A DNA stretch of 64,000 nt from Eledone cirrhosa (Eukaryota). Numbering within the stretch: the first letter of the stretch is position 1; the number at the start of each line of letters is the position of its first letter. Under the pieces are notes generated by a model. The model searched no databases. It was given only the letters and a program-made list of their open reading frames with translations, and was not told where the DNA came from. A program made the translations under genes and the position numbers. The stretch is from contig OZ024743.1 of NCBI GenBank assembly GCA_964016885.1, forward strand, positions 334,986,001-335,050,000, read 5' to 3'. Below, one piece after another: positions 38,451-52,998 of this stretch.

Positions 38451-39047
38451 ATCCCGGGTTCAATCTGGAGTAACCAGAGTAAGTGAGGTACTCAATACAT
38501 AGCAGAATATAAATATTTTATGTGGTTAGAATGTCTCAGATAAGAATCACTGGACAGATTTTGAGGACAATAACCAACCGGTCGGAGACCCAGGGGTAGA
38601 CCCCAAGCAAGATAGTTGGATAACACCTATGGGCTGGGCTAGCTTCGCTTAGGGATCCAGTTGTATCAATTGGAGACTGTTGCTTCTGAGATGACCCACT
38701 GAAAGAAGTGTTAGAGGATTCTGTTCCCACGACCCATCCAGGAATATGTGGGCGAAGACGTAGGCTGTTGCCATGAACCCTTATCTTGGAAAGAGACAGA
38801 CGTCCGTGGATACGAGTGGGAGGAACAGCCACATCGTTTCCCAATAAAGAAATACTCATAATAAAGAAACAATATATCTTAACACGTTGGAAAAACTGGT
38901 TTCTCTCTTGCTCTATGGAACTCATCATTCGCGAAACCCTGTAACTCCCTACGAACTCTGAATATCCTGGCATATTTCCCATTCGATAACGCCTCTCCCC
39001 AAATTTCTGGTCACATGACATAAACAGAAAAATATTATTATTATCAT

Positions 39048-39830
39048 TTGGCAGTATCAGTAGAGGGTCGGACGCCATGCTTTGACGCATAGAGTTACGG
39101 CCCTTGCCATTCTGTTTTCAAATCCCGCCGAGGTTAACTTTGCCTTTCATCCTTACGGGGTCGATAAAATAAAGTACCAGTAATGCACTGGGTAATTGCT
39201 GGCCTTGTGCCAAAAGTAGAAACAATTATTATTGCTATTATTATCATTCTTATGGTTTCGATGAAATAAAGTACCAGTAACGCACTGGGGTCGTTTTAAT
39301 CGCCATTTTCCCTTCCCCAAATTCTTGGCCTCGTGCTTAAATCAGAAACCATTATTTTAATTATCGTTACGGGTCGATAAAATAAGTACCAGTAACGAAC
39401 TGGGGTCATTTTAATCGGCTTTCCTCACTCCCAAAATTGTTGGCCTCGTGCCTCGTGGCTAAATCAGAAACCGATATTAGCCTCGAGGCGATGGATTGGC
39501 AGTATCGCTAGAGCGTCGAACAACATACTTTGCAGCATAGAATTACGGGCATTTATGATCTGAGTTCAAATCCCGCCGAGGTTAACTTTGCCTTTCATCG
39601 TTACGGGGTCGATAAAATAATGTACCAGTAATGCACTGGGATAATTGCTGGCCTTGTACCAAAAAGTAGAAACAATTATTATCCTCGAGTTCAAATCCTG
39701 CTGTGGCAAGCATTGCCTTTCATTGTTATGGAGTCGAAAAATATATAATACCAGTTACGCACTGTGGGCGACTTAATCGACTTCCCCCACATTCAAACCT
39801 TTAAGCATTGTATCTAAATCAGACATAATC
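39048..39830 (+). mobile_element. Tandem cluster of Nin/Deu-like SINEs and tail fragments
   Basis: At least five repeats of TCGATAAAATAAAGTACCAGTAA.GCACTGGG. Confidence 0.85.
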
Positions 39831-40783
39831 AGCTACAAGTTTATTTAACGAGTACTTAATTCAGTGAAATGAAACAAAGACTGTATACTAATCGTCATAA
39901 CAGACGGGTTTCCATTTCCTTTACTTGTATGTATATATATTAAATAAATAAAATAAAATTAATTCAATGTATTTATTCTTGCAGACGTTCCGTCATTAAT
40001 TTCTTTAGATTATTTGCTTGGGATTGAAATGTCAATAAACTGAACAAAACTGTTAATCTCTTGTAATAACAGATTTTTCACAATTGATAAACAAAAAAGA
40101 AACATCTTTCATATAATTTGAAATTTCTTTAATATACTTCCTCAAATAACATTTCCAATGCTATATTCTCTTAGACTCTAGTGCCTCATCTAGTCCATAA
40201 TGTTTCTTTTGGTTTATTTTTATGTTGAGTTATTGCCCTTAGATGTGTAGGCTTACGATGTATATAGTTCGGCAATGTTCATCTCTCCTCGACAGGGATG
40301 TGATTTTTATTTAAACAATTTAAAGTGCAAACAATTATTTCAGTATGTGATAGTATTAGAAGAGAAAGAAATGGCTAATGTTTTTTGTTTCAGCTCATTT
40401 AACTATGGTATAATCTGTATATCGAGGATTACACTATCTAAAATATATCGTATATTAAAGTATATCGTAAGCACAGAGGCTCATCAGGCGGGTGTTTATC
40501 TTTGTTTTCGTGGCGTTAAGTGACTGTGAGTACATGATCCCCAACCTCACCCTCCATGGACAGGACGCCAATCTATCGCAGGCTTAACCCCCAGCTATTG
40601 CTGGTACTCATTTCAGCTGAGTATACCGGAGCAACGTTAAATGAAATGTTTTGCTCAACAGCACAACACAGAACTCACTCGAGACGACGACATTATGATA
40701 GTAATTCCAAAACCCTTACCATAAGGGTTATATATATATAAACAACAAAAAGAAAGTGTGTGTTCTGATTATATCTTTAATTA

Positions 40784-40784
<1 letters not shown>

Positions 40785-40825
<41 letters not shown>

Positions 40826-41130
40826 TTTTTGTGTGTGTTGTTGGTAGCTTTTGTTTGATTTTGAGAAGGATGGTCACATTTGGAGAAGGCAGGGACCTCC
40901 ACAGGATTACACTATGAAATGTCGACTTGTTTATTGGAATAAAGTGTAATTTTTTAGTGAATTTTCAGCAATTTTTAGCTCTTGGAATGACCACGCTGGG
41001 AAACCAGATTGTCTAGAGGCCTGTGCGATATTTCATGCGTTGATATATGAGAGATAAGTGGCTTTTCCTTTGTCAGAATATTGCAGCTTGTATAAACCCA
41101 CATTCTCTTAGTTGTTAGTCGAACATTCTG
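40785..41130 (-). mobile_element. Possible L2/CR1-group LINE 3' remnant
   Basis: Minus strand VILWRSLP..KIKQKL resembles the LWNSLP tail; followed by (TAA)n. Confidence 0.3.
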
Positions 41131-41196
41131 TCAAATCGTCTCTCTCTCTCTCTCTCTCTCTCACTTTGTTACATACACACACACACACACACACAT

Positions 41197-41228
<32 letters not shown>

Positions 41229-41229
<1 letters not shown>

Positions 41230-41542
41230 CGATGCTGACGATAGCTAATAAGGTTGAAACTAGTACATCGTTCCTGTGTCAGTGTTGGACAAAGGGGCGA
41301 CGATGGTTGCCTGAACCCTGTACGGCGTAATCCGGGCTGTTTGTTTGTTTACAAACAAACAAACCGAACATTATAATAAATGTTCGGTAAACCCATACGT
41401 ACATATGTGTGTGCATGTATGTATATATATACATACTACTGTACGTCTGTATACATATATGTATGTACGTATACATACATACTTACATTTAAGTATCAGC
41501 TGTACTAAGAGTGAGAAATGAAATTTCGTTTCATTCTTTTCC

Positions 41543-41545
<3 letters not shown>
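41229..41545 (+). mobile_element. Family R2 copy beginning exactly at HHR stem I (HHR 41229-41271)
   Basis: ACGATG CTGACGA TAGCT-AATA-AGGTT GAAA CTAG TA CATCGT. Confidence 0.82.
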
Positions 41546-41595
<50 letters not shown>

Positions 41596-41851
41596 TTTAA
41601 GAAGGTATCTGTCTCTAATACTTAGACATCTTATTGTCCGGATAAGTTATATTGATAAATTATCAACTCTGAAAAGCAATTAAACACATTAAATTGAAGC
41701 CAGAATCACGATTTTCTTTTCTCTTTTTTTTGTTGCTGATGCCGGTGTGTGTGTGTGGGGGGGGGGGGGGGGGGAATAAACTAGATGAACTAAAATAAGT
41801 CAGTGTTTTCCCTCCCCAACAAATCGGGAGTTTTGCTTGCTTTATATATAC

Positions 41852-41938
<87 letters not shown>

Positions 41939-41977
41939 ATATATATAATATATAATATATATTATATATCATATATC

Positions 41978-42037
<60 letters not shown>

Positions 42038-42091
42038 GTATATAATATATATATATGATTTATAATATATATATATATACATATATATATA

Positions 42092-42448
42092 CTAGCTGAC
42101 GTACCCAGCTTCGCCCGGGTAAACAGATGATAAGAGAAGACAGGTAAAAGAGAAAATGACTGTATTGGATGTTTGTCTGGTTACAGTATGAGGCGAGTCC
42201 GTGGTGTTTGTGTGATACAGAAAACAGTAAAAAAAAATCATGCAGATATACCAGATTCTTCGTTGTACCGTTTGTGCATAGTATATGAATAATTGTAGGT
42301 ACTCCCACCTAGAATAGTGACCTCTTGGAGGTTCATCTTCTACCTGACTGTAAAACGTGTATCATTGCATAGAAGTGGTTGTTCTACGTTTCTCAAAAGG
42401 ATGATGGAAGTTCCAATCTGATATATTATATGTAGATATAGATATAGA
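42092..42448 (-). mobile_element. Non-autonomous Helitron (5' boundary uncertain, may extend to ~43130)
   Basis: CTAG|T end with hairpin ACCCGGGCGAAGCTGGGT; TCTATATCTATATC-type start near 42448. Confidence 0.6.
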
Positions 42449-43119
42449 TAATTAATATAACAGATGTCCGCCAATGTAAAAATAAAGGTTCCTATTTACT
42501 CCCTTCACAACTCTGTGTATGTTAGACTGACAGCAGGCACACAGACAGATAAACTGCGTGGCGATTGTGGTATGCCGCACGTACACACACATACACGCAT
42601 GGAAACGCGCACACGCACGCAAACTCACACACACGCACACACTCACACATGTTGTTAGTTTATACTCTCTGTGGAACGCTGCAAGCACACACAAACACAT
42701 AAACATACGCGCACATACATACGCACGCACACATGTTAATAGTTATTCCTTTCCTTCCCCTCTTATTTCCACACACACATGTCCCTACACTGACACATAT
42801 ACATAGTGTATCCAAACACAGCGTTCACTTTGCCTCTCTCTCCCCTCTCACTCCCTCATTGGCATTATGCATATTAATTTAAGTTTGGCTTCGTTGAGAT
42901 GGGCGGAGTCGTTTGAAATCTATAAACCAATGATAATCGAGAATTATGACGGAATACTGACATTGTTCAAATTAATATATAGATATATGATATATATATC
43001 ATATATATATATATATGTATATATATATAGTTGTTGTGGGGTTGCAGGTAAATGATCGACGGGGAAACATGTAATATGCTAATAAATCGTGATTTGATGC
43101 AATACTGATTCCTCGTTCT

Positions 43120-43212
<93 letters not shown>

Positions 43213-44073
43213 CATATATATATATCATATATTTTCTACATGTTATTACAATATAACTATTGATTTTGCAAAAGGCTTAAAATTTCCCTTTCTCATCTTT
43301 AAAAGTGCCCCGTAATGCGTGACACAAGAGAATCCAGGGGAGAAGTTTATTCTCAGATTAATGCACTCCTATAGTTAACGATTGTCCATCCAGTTTTATT
43401 AATGAGTTCATTATTTTTTTTATTAGATATTGTTCATCTAGCACTATAATATCCAATGTATCTATCAATTTATTAAGATGGTACGGTATGATTTGAGACA
43501 GATCCATTTTTTTATTTCTATCAAATCGAACTTCGGCCATAAAGAAATGGCGGAGTATCAAAATAAGACTACGTGAGGTGTATTCCTTCCTTAATGTCAT
43601 AAGTTATAGAAATAAGTGTAGTTTATACCGACAAAACCAAAAGCTATACTGAGATACGAATATGCTACGGTTCGAATTATTGTGCTATTTGGCATCCAGA
43701 GTCAGACACACAAATTATAAAAATTGCATTTTCAACTCGCAGGATATCCGTAGTAACAATTGATTCAATAGGTCTCATCGGGAAGGAGAGAGTATATTTT
43801 TCGATTGACAGGATTTTATTTTGTAATTATATTTTGTAAAGAGGAATCTTTAATACTTAACACATGTTCAATTTCAAAAAGGCTAATAATCGTCCACGTT
43901 TAGTAAGAAGCCTGCATAGATGCATGTTACTATCTGTAAAGGCTTGTTATCACTACATTACACGAACCGTGGTGGCAGAAAGAACTATTTTCTGCGCGAA
44001 AAAATTCATATGTACATGCTACAACGAATTCATTATTTTGATTATGAGAGAACGTGCTACTAAATTTTACCAT

Positions 44074-44123
<50 letters not shown>

Positions 44124-44194
44124 ATATATACATACATGTATACCTACTTATACATATATATATATACACACACACACACATTCACACACATACG

Positions 44195-44225
<31 letters not shown>

Positions 44226-45210
44226 GTGTACACATAAATATACATGTCGGATTTAGCAGTCGAAACGACCGGAGGTCAGCCGTCGGGTCTTGACTCTTTT
44301 CCTATATATATATTACATATATATCGCTCTACATGGCTGAATAAAATAAATGTAATCTGAGCTTTTCGAATATTAATAATAACATTTGATTCGTTTGCAA
44401 TTATGCAAATAAGCCCCATTTTTATAGCCATGTCAGTAGAATGAACCCTTCTTTCTTGCTCTTGTGTTGGCGTGTAAACAGAACTGCAATATATAGTCCA
44501 CATTGTTATCGTCTTTTTTGGTCGTAAACATTTGTTAAATAAATTTATTCTTTGCACTACACCCCTGCTAGAAATACTAAAATTGGAATAATATTGATTA
44601 AAATATAGATAAAAAGCTATGATTTAAATTTTTTTTTTAAATAGATTATATTTAGATCTAGTTTTGGTGTTTTGCCGATTCAATGATTCCTTTTTAAAGC
44701 AAAAAATAATTTTGATTTTTGTACAAGCTGATTTACAGAACTTTTCTCTGGAACTCTACCAGGTATCTTTTCTGTTTGTTGTTGTTGTAAGAGTTCAAGT
44801 TGTAACCAACTATAAAATCCTTAAATCAAAAGCAGGTCATGCTTTGAGCAAATATTTTCTTTTAATAATTTTCGGTTTCAGCTTTTATCTCAGGGAGATT
44901 TTTTGGATTCTGTTTTTGTATTTTTTTAAACTTTTAATTTCAATATATACGTAATTTTAAATTATCATATTATATTATACTTTCAGCAGTGTGGGTGGTT
45001 TTACATCTAGATTTAGACAAGTGGCTTTTTCTCGTGGCATAGGTCAGTGATCTTCAACTCCGTTTGAAGTAAAATATCCACCATGAATGTACTGCTGTAG
45101 ATTTTCAATATAATTTACTTTTTTTCTTACATGACGTTATATTTAGTAGACATGCTAGATAAAAGAGAGAAGGACGGCTAAACAGAAGACACACATACGG
45201 ATATATATAT

Positions 45211-45711
45211 ATAAATTAATAAAAACAATGAAATAAAAAGAAAGAACAAGTTCCTTATATTAAAAATTCATCATTTTACGATCGTTTCTGGGATGTATAT
45301 GTGTGTTGGTATGTATATCATATAGATCTATGTAAATATATTACAAATTATCAGAGGAAATATACATACCTTCACATATACATGTCGTCCTCAGAAAAAC
45401 TTTATGAGGACGACATGTATATGTGAAGGTATGTATATTTCCTCTGATAATTTGTAATATATTTACATAGATCTATATGATATACATACCAACACACATA
45501 TACATCCCAGAAAAGATCGTAAAATGATGAATTTTTTTAATATAAGGAACTTGTTCTTTCTTTTTATTTCATTGTTTTTATTAATTTATCTTGACTCTGT
45601 TTTCGTATGATTTTTATCGAAAATTTTTTAATGCATCTTTTCTTTTCATGATATTTGGATTACATTGAGTTCTTCATACGGATTGGACACTTCCGTATAT
45701 TTTGGTAGATT

Positions 45712-45718
<7 letters not shown>
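45211..45718. mobile_element. Fold-back of family E pseudo-LTR, centre ~45399; HHRs 45268-45397 (-) and 45401-45530 (+, damaged)
   Basis: Arms are reverse complements; CTGAGGA...GAAA CGATCG TA AAATGATGA. Confidence 0.88.
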
Positions 45719-45784
<66 letters not shown>

Positions 45785-45785
45785 T

Positions 45786-45835
45786 CCACCGCTGGAGAGA
45801 ACTCGTCCATGGATCTCGGGAATTTTACCCGCCTT

Positions 45836-45840
<5 letters not shown>
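45786..45840 (+). mobile_element. ~50-bp RTE 3' terminus inserted in (TA)n
   Basis: Matches 5072-5121. Confidence 0.8.
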
Positions 45841-45892
<52 letters not shown>

Positions 45893-45893
<1 letters not shown>

Positions 45894-46520
45894 TAGCCGA
45901 ATTACCCGCGCCTTGCTGTGATTCACACATTTTTTTTGTAAGAAAATGAGGATTGAATATAAATTAGTGATATAATTTATGGAGAAAAAATAAAGGGAAA
46001 CTGTTAAAAAAGTAGAGGCATTAACTAATAATTTTTGTTGTCATAATTCTAGTGATGTTTTGCCATAGGTAAAATGTCTAAATTAGCCAAATTTTACTAT
46101 AAAAGAGAGATGGTCTTTTTGTTGATTTACGTTTAATTAATGGAAAAACACAGTGATAATAGAGGTTCCATTACTCAACTTATGGACTTCCAAAGTTTTC
46201 CCTATAGGGGGTTTAACCCCCATTAGGGCGTCTTAATATTATTGAAAATTTGTGAAATTTTGTGAATAGGCATCATATCTTGTCATTTACGTATGGCTTG
46301 AATTTCATATAAATCGAAGTAAAAGATTTTTCAGCGGGGGTTTGTACCCCCCCCCCCCCCAACCGGAGAACCCTTTGATTAAAATGATATATATTTATCC
46401 AAGAACCCTGGGCAATGTACTTTCAGAATATATATAGTTATAGTGGTCTATCTCCAAAATCATAGCAGGGGTTCGTCAACAAACAAACAGACAGAAACTT
46501 AAACTTCATATATATATAGA
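45893..46520 (-). mobile_element. Non-autonomous Helitron
   Basis: Minus strand A|TCTATATATATATG start, (CTGT/TTGT)n, decayed hairpin, CTAG|T end. Confidence 0.75.
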
Positions 46521-46560
46521 TACACACACGCACACACACACACTCACACACACACTCACA

Positions 46561-46611
<51 letters not shown>

Positions 46612-46867
46612 ATATATATATATATATATACAGTATTTACGTATCGAGAAAGAGAAAAAAAGGGGGGGATAGGTGATACATATAGTTATTTGCCAAGTAT
46701 TTTCTATGCCAAGTTATTTTCTATGCCAAAGTTGCTCGATACTAATGCCGGCAGTATTAAATATTCGAAGTGTTAATATTTAGTGGGTTAGAGAGTTAGC
46801 AGAGCGTAAGCACGTGGGAAAGTAAAAATTCGGAGAATAGACCGTTAAAACATGTTTATTTAAAACA

Positions 46868-46909
46868 GCACCTACGTACGTTTTGCCCAGTTGGGCTTCT
46901 CAAGGGCAT
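46868..46909 (-). ncRNA. Hammerhead with U3-A8 core, G12 mutated
   Basis: Minus strand TGCCC TTGAGAA GCCCA-AC-TGGGC AAAA CGTACG TA GGTG. Confidence 0.6.
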
Positions 46910-47197
46910 AAATAATCACAAGTGTTCCTTATATTGCTCGGAAAGAGTTTTGGGGGTTAAATCCACATCAAGGTTCATTGCTCGCAAAAATATCTTGTTT
47001 TGATTTTGCTGCAGGTCAAGGGAGGTAACTCTGGCCGGTGTTAGGGCAGTTTTTCCCGGACAATTTTTTTTTTTTTTTTCCGCATCTGTTTGTCTGAGGC
47101 TGGGTCTGGTATGCAATGATAGTTTCCTGGGTGTTATTTTGCAGCGCCTGCCCGCCGGGGTATTAAGACTTGTTGCAGGGAGATCCGGTGTACGGTT

Positions 47198-49620
47198 TCA
47201 CTCCTCATCCTTAACCCATCTGAAGAAGGATATTTTTAAGCGATGTGTACAACTTATCACTGTTACAGCTCTGCTGTTCATGAGCTCGTGGGGTGCAGTT
47301 AGGATGTGGTAGAGCTCCATGAGGCAAAGATCGCATTTCCTCTTGAAGTTGTGCGGTGCAGCCCTGCCGACAATCTCCCAGTGCGTGGAGAAGCTGATGT
47401 TTAAGTCCTTTAGTGATGTGATGTAGTCCGCGAGCGAGGTGGAGTGCCTTAGTTTTCTATTTGTGAAAGAGTAGAGATGTGTTCGAAACCTAATTTTGAA
47501 CGGGCCGGAGGTAGCCACTATATATTGTTTAACGCTATTGTGGCTAGTAATAGTGCATCTATATATAACCCTATCAGTCAAGCAGTATCCTCTAAGGGGG
47601 TAGTGTCCTCTGTCGCGGCAGTTTGCAATTTCTGTCGCGGTTCCGTCTATTTCCCACGGTAAGGCTATCATTGTTGCTGCCTACGTTGCTACCTACGCTA
47701 CCGCAGCTGTCGTTAGCACTATTACAACCCACAGCACGCGGGGTGGTGCGATTGTTATTTTGCAGATCAAGTCCTGCATGCTCCCCAGTCATTTCGCATT
47801 TATGCTGGTTGCGTCTGCGGATGCCGTTGCCAACACTATTGGATGCTGCCAGGGAGTTGTTAAGGCCGATATAGTTATTGTCAGGTGTAGGTGCGTCTGT
47901 GTCGAGGTGCTGTGTCTTGGTGATCTTACTGTGGTTCGTTGTTCCTATGATGTCTGCTAGGTTAGGAGTAGTAGAGAAGGATATTTTTATATTGTTCCTA
48001 TTAAAATTTTTCTATACCTATGGTTGGGCGGGAAGTTCTTCTCTAAGGCTTCGAAGAACATCCAGGGTATGTTGGAGGCCACACTTCGAGAGTAGGGGGT
48101 GGGTGGGGTGGAACCATAGGACGTTACGGTGGCGATTACGTGTCCTTGTACTTTTGCTACGGGTGGTTCCATCTAGGTGACCGCTCTTATGTGTGTTACT
48201 GCGCAGTCGCCCGTTCGGTGCCCCTTTCACTTTATGCTCGGGTGCACTCTTCCTACCTCTTCCATGTTTATGTACACGAAGATGTTGGTTGGAAGGCGTT
48301 GGTAGTAGGCCGTCGTCTTTGTTGGTTTTGTAATAGGTGAATAGTTCGAGTAATCTACAGTATTCACCGTCGCCGGGGTCGTGATATTTGGTGCGGTTAT
48401 CTATTCTATTATATTCGACTTCAACGAGGTCGCCGCGTGATCGGTTATAGGTATGGCTTACTATAACTTTTTTTATGAGGGGGGGGGGGGTTCTAGAGCA
48501 AGCGTTAGGGATGTAGGAAATTCCTCGGTTAAAGCCGGCGCTTATCAGGGCCCTATTGTAGTAATCTGCCGCTTGGTTGAAGATATCCTCATTGGCGGAT
48601 AGCCTCGAGATTCTATGTGAGATACTATAGACTATGGAATTGAAAGTCTGCTTAGGGTGGTTGGAGGCATAATTAATATAAGAGATGCACTCTCCAGGCT
48701 TATGGTATGGCTTGTATAAGCCCGTACTCAACTCCAGGGTCACGTCTAGGAAGTTGACAACCCTGTGGTTGAGGTCCATAGTTACGGATAGGCCGTATGA
48801 CTTGAAGAACCTGTGTATATGTTTGTTAAGGTTCTCTATCCTACGGGGGCTATGGTTCCTAACGGTAAACAGGGCGTCGTCCCTATATACACCTCCTTGT
48901 AGGGCCGGTATCTCTTCCCTAAGCTTATGTAGGAGGTATATTCCGACCAGGTCAGTTGCTTGCGCTGAGTCACTAGACCCCATCGTGACATCGAAGTTAT
49001 CAGGACGGTTGGTTCTGGTCCAGTGGAAGCCTTCGAACTGGATAATGGTTCTACGCGCCGCTAGAATTATGTCTATTTCTCTTTTAGTGAGGCTAGTGTT
49101 AGATCTAGCTAAGATAAGTGCCTTATTTAAGAGTATGGGGGTGATAGAGGCGTAGTAACTATCTATATCAAACTGGATGAATTTCAGGGTGGCTTTATCC
49201 TGCAACTCGGTGAAGAAATTTATGACCTGGTCGGTGTTGCCCCAGAGGCAGACCTTAGCCTTTCTATTAAGCTCCAGTAGTACTCTGTCAAGGATCACTT
49301 TACTAATCTTACCTATATCTGATGTAGAGGGGCATATTAGTCTAATAGAGGGGCTTTCATTAAAGTCATATTTGTGATCCTTAAGAGAGAATTTAGGCGT
49401 CAGAGGGACGTACGGGTTAGTGTACTTTTCTATTTCTAAGCTGGTGACTATATCCTTCCCTACTCTATTTATGTCATTTAGGGTAATAGAGGGTGTCTTT
49501 TTGTAGTCTTTGTGTAGTTCCTTGTAGATGAATTTTTTATACTCACTCGCGTCCAGCTAGTACAGCTTTTTGGTTTTGTCGGAGGTGACGAAGAGGTGCG
49601 GGTCATTCTTGATCTTAGTT
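47198..49620 (-). pseudogene. PLE RT-endonuclease ORF, frameshifted
   Basis: Upstream KSDKT-like (TSDKT), LKDHK and IRLI motifs continue 5' of the listed ORF; stop at ~49557. Confidence 0.9.
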
Positions 49621-49641
49621 ATATATATATGGAAATAGCTG

Positions 49642-49673
<32 letters not shown>

Positions 49674-49800
49674 GGAAATAGCTGTTGAATAGGGAAAAGA
49701 TCAGCCATCGAGTCACGACACTTTATGATATATATGTATTATATACACATATCTAAACATCTAACACACACACACTCACACACACGCACATATATATATA

Positions 49801-49918
<118 letters not shown>

Positions 49919-50127
49919 ATGAAGCATTCATTATAAGTATACACACAATCAAATGTAGATAGGTTTAATTGGCTTTCACAAGTTGTTTTGTCGCAGAACA
50001 TCTGATAGATGTTGCTTCAGAATGTCATGGTCTGTAGAACAAAGGGACGATGACATTACCCCGGAGGGTAGCGAGAGTGATGTAAAATAGTAATGCTCGC
50101 TCCCTTTTTATATTCGTTAATGCGTTC

Positions 50128-50203
<76 letters not shown>

Positions 50204-50378
50204 CATACCAATATATATATATATATGTGTGTATGTATAAACATCTATCCATCTATCTATCTATCTATCCCCCGCCTCTCTCTCTATAATACTAAGACCA
50301 TTCGATCTTAGTATTATTCTGAAATGGACATATTAATTTGCCAATATATATACATATATGTGTATGTATATATGTAAG

Positions 50379-50419
<41 letters not shown>

Positions 50420-50421
<2 letters not shown>

Positions 50422-52998
50422 TATTAAGTTGTTAAACAATATTCGATGATTATGTCAAAGAATGAGTTTTACAGTAGATTGGAAGCACTCAACGAGAAAT
50501 AATTTTCAAGAGTTATTAATATTAAAATATAAGTATTAATAAAATAGATGTTCTTTTGATCAATTACATTTTATTGTACATATTTCGGATGTACAATAGT
50601 ACGTCCTCATCAGACAAAATATAATGATACATGACATACTCTGAGATATTAAATGGTTAAGATTTAATCAAGGTAGTGATTACCCGATAGAAAATGTTGC
50701 TTATATACTATCTGTGTGAGAGTGCGAAATCGTAATGAATTCATTAGAGAATGTGTGAGTAAGAAAAAACGTTGCATACTTAAAGTGATCTAAAATTTTA
50801 AATTGTATGATACGATAATATCTAGGGAAACGTCTCATGAAGCATAACAGCCAGTGATAGCCGCTGGAAAAAGATGTATAAGGAGGGAAAGATAAAGTAT
50901 GTGTGTGTGGGGGGGGGGGGGGGGTCGAAAATTAAACGGTTAGAATTTGGAAATATTTAATTTATAATATTAATGTGAAGACCCCAGATTTCAGGATTAT
51001 TTGCTATTTAATTATATATTATTTATATAAATTCGATAAGTGTGTTATCATTTCTAAACTTCTGAATTGTAAGAATAACATTTTAAAGGATTTAGCTGGC
51101 ACGTAAAGAAAGAAATATTATACTGTTGATTAATTACCTAACTCTATACTTTAACAAATATCTCAACATATTAGGTATGTAAATCTTTTGAAGTAATTAT
51201 TGCTATAAATATTTGAATAACTATTATGTATATAGGTATATATTAATGAGTCAGTATATATAAGGTAAAAATAAAATAAAATAATATGTTACAGATAAAA
51301 TTTATACATATGTATAATTATTCTTCAACCAAGATATCAACGTTTTATTAGATATAGGGATGTATATATATAGATATATATTAGGTATTATTAATGTAGT
51401 ATACTTTAGGTAAATGTTAACAGTTATATTCTTAACAACATGTTACATTTAAATATATATATATATACATATAAGAAAAACGAACAATGAGTGCATGGAT
51501 AATATAGAGTTCAAAATAATGTCTATAATAATTTTTAGTTTGGATATTTTCTCTATATTTGAATCATGTATGGTAGGTATAGTTTAAAATATTTAAAAAT
51601 ATATAGAATACAACATATAACTACATATATATTATAAAACATTGGATTGGCAGTATCGGTAGAGGGTCGGACGCCATGCTTTCCAGCATAGTTACGTCCC
51701 TTTACGATCTGAGTTCAAATCCCGCCGAGGTTGACTTTGTCTTTCATCCTTACGGGGTCGATAAAATAAAGTACCAGTAATGCACTGGGTAATTGCTGGC
51801 CTTGTGCCAAAAGTAGAAACAATTATATTATAAATAAATAAATAAGAGATCGAAAGTACAGCGAAAAAGGTTCACATTTATATATAAGTTTGAATCCGTA
51901 TCAAATTTAGATATTATAGTGCAGTAAGTATATTTAAAAGAAATATATGCTATATTATACCATAAATAATAGATAAAAAAGTCATTAAACATTTGGAGTT
52001 ATAGATACCTTTCGTAAAAATTTTTGGATTGGGTATTAAAACTAAAATTTAAAAGAGTAAATGTATTAAAAATTCACTGTTAAATAAATTCAATAGATAT
52101 GTAAGGATTAGGTATTGTACTAAATTATAGATAAATGATCGTGTCGATCAAAGTTAACAAATAAAGTTGTGTGTATCAATGTTTAGGCATGCTAATTGAA
52201 ATATTGTCATTTATTCAAACGTTGTTTTTTCTATCGATATCCATAAAATAAAGCAATATTAAAGGCAATTGATGTTTGTTACTGTTGATTATATATTCAT
52301 GGTAATCGAGTTGTTATTGGTTGTTTTTTCTCGTTTTAGATTACAAATGTTTTAGTTTAAAAATGTGTTATTGAGTTAGGTAATTAATCAACAGTATAAT
52401 ATTTCATCATTCTTTACGTGCCAGCTAAATCCTTTAAAATGTTATTCTCACAATTCAGAAGTTTAGACATGATAACACACTTATCGAATTTATACAAATA
52501 ATATATAATTAAATAGCAAATAATCCTGAAATCTGGAGTCCTCACATTAATATTATAAATTAAATATTTCCAAATTCTAACCGTTTAACTTTCGACCCCC
52601 CCCCAAACAAACACATACACTTTATCTTTCCCTCCTTATAAATCTTTTTCCAGCGGCTATCACTGGCTGTTATGATTCATGAGACGTTTCCCTAGATATT
52701 ATCGTATCATACAATTTAAAATTTTAGAACACTTTAAGTATGCAACGTTTTTTCTTACTCACACATTCTCTAATGAATTCATTACGTTTTCGCACTCTCA
52801 CACAGATAGTATATAAGCAAAATTTTCTATCGGGTAATCACTACCTTGATTAAATCTTAACCATTTAATATCTCAGAGTATGTCATGTATCATTATATTT
52901 TGTCTGATGAGGACGTACTGTTGTACATCCGAAATATGTATAATAAAATGTAATTGATCAAAAGAACATCTATTTTATTAATACTTATATTTTAATAT
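50420..52998. mobile_element. PLE 3' UTR/pseudo-LTR with ~590-bp inverted arms (50520-51110 / 52410-52998)
   Basis: Arms are near-identical reverse complements; HHR-like motif CTGATGA GGACGTAC/GTACATCC GAAA at 50563-50625 (-) and 52892-52954 (+). Confidence 0.85.
51642..51826 (+). mobile_element. Nin/Deu-like tRNA SINE nested in PLE 3' UTR
   Basis: Intact A/B boxes and body. Confidence 0.88.

Larger units (their letters stand above)
46635..49620 (-). mobile_element. 5'-truncated PLE, family C (RT, long linker, GIY-YIG, 3' UTR)
   Basis: ORF 48018-49298 (FIQFDIDSYY, FDVTMGSSDSAQ, VYRDDAL, NFLDVTL, SNHP); ORF 47198-47671 (VIYRC..QYIVATSG..CDLC). Confidence 0.95.

Noticed and set aside
38536-39090. 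184-aa ORF
   Set aside because: Starts inside a SINE and has no recognisable domain; likely a chance ORF in an unclassified repeat.
48685-49155. Plus-strand ORFs opposite PLE RTs (also 32131, 37268, 53411)
   Set aside because: Antisense shadows of RT coding sequence.
51642-51730. tRNA genes suggested by A/B boxes
   Set aside because: They are SINE heads followed by conserved SINE bodies and do not form cloverleaves.
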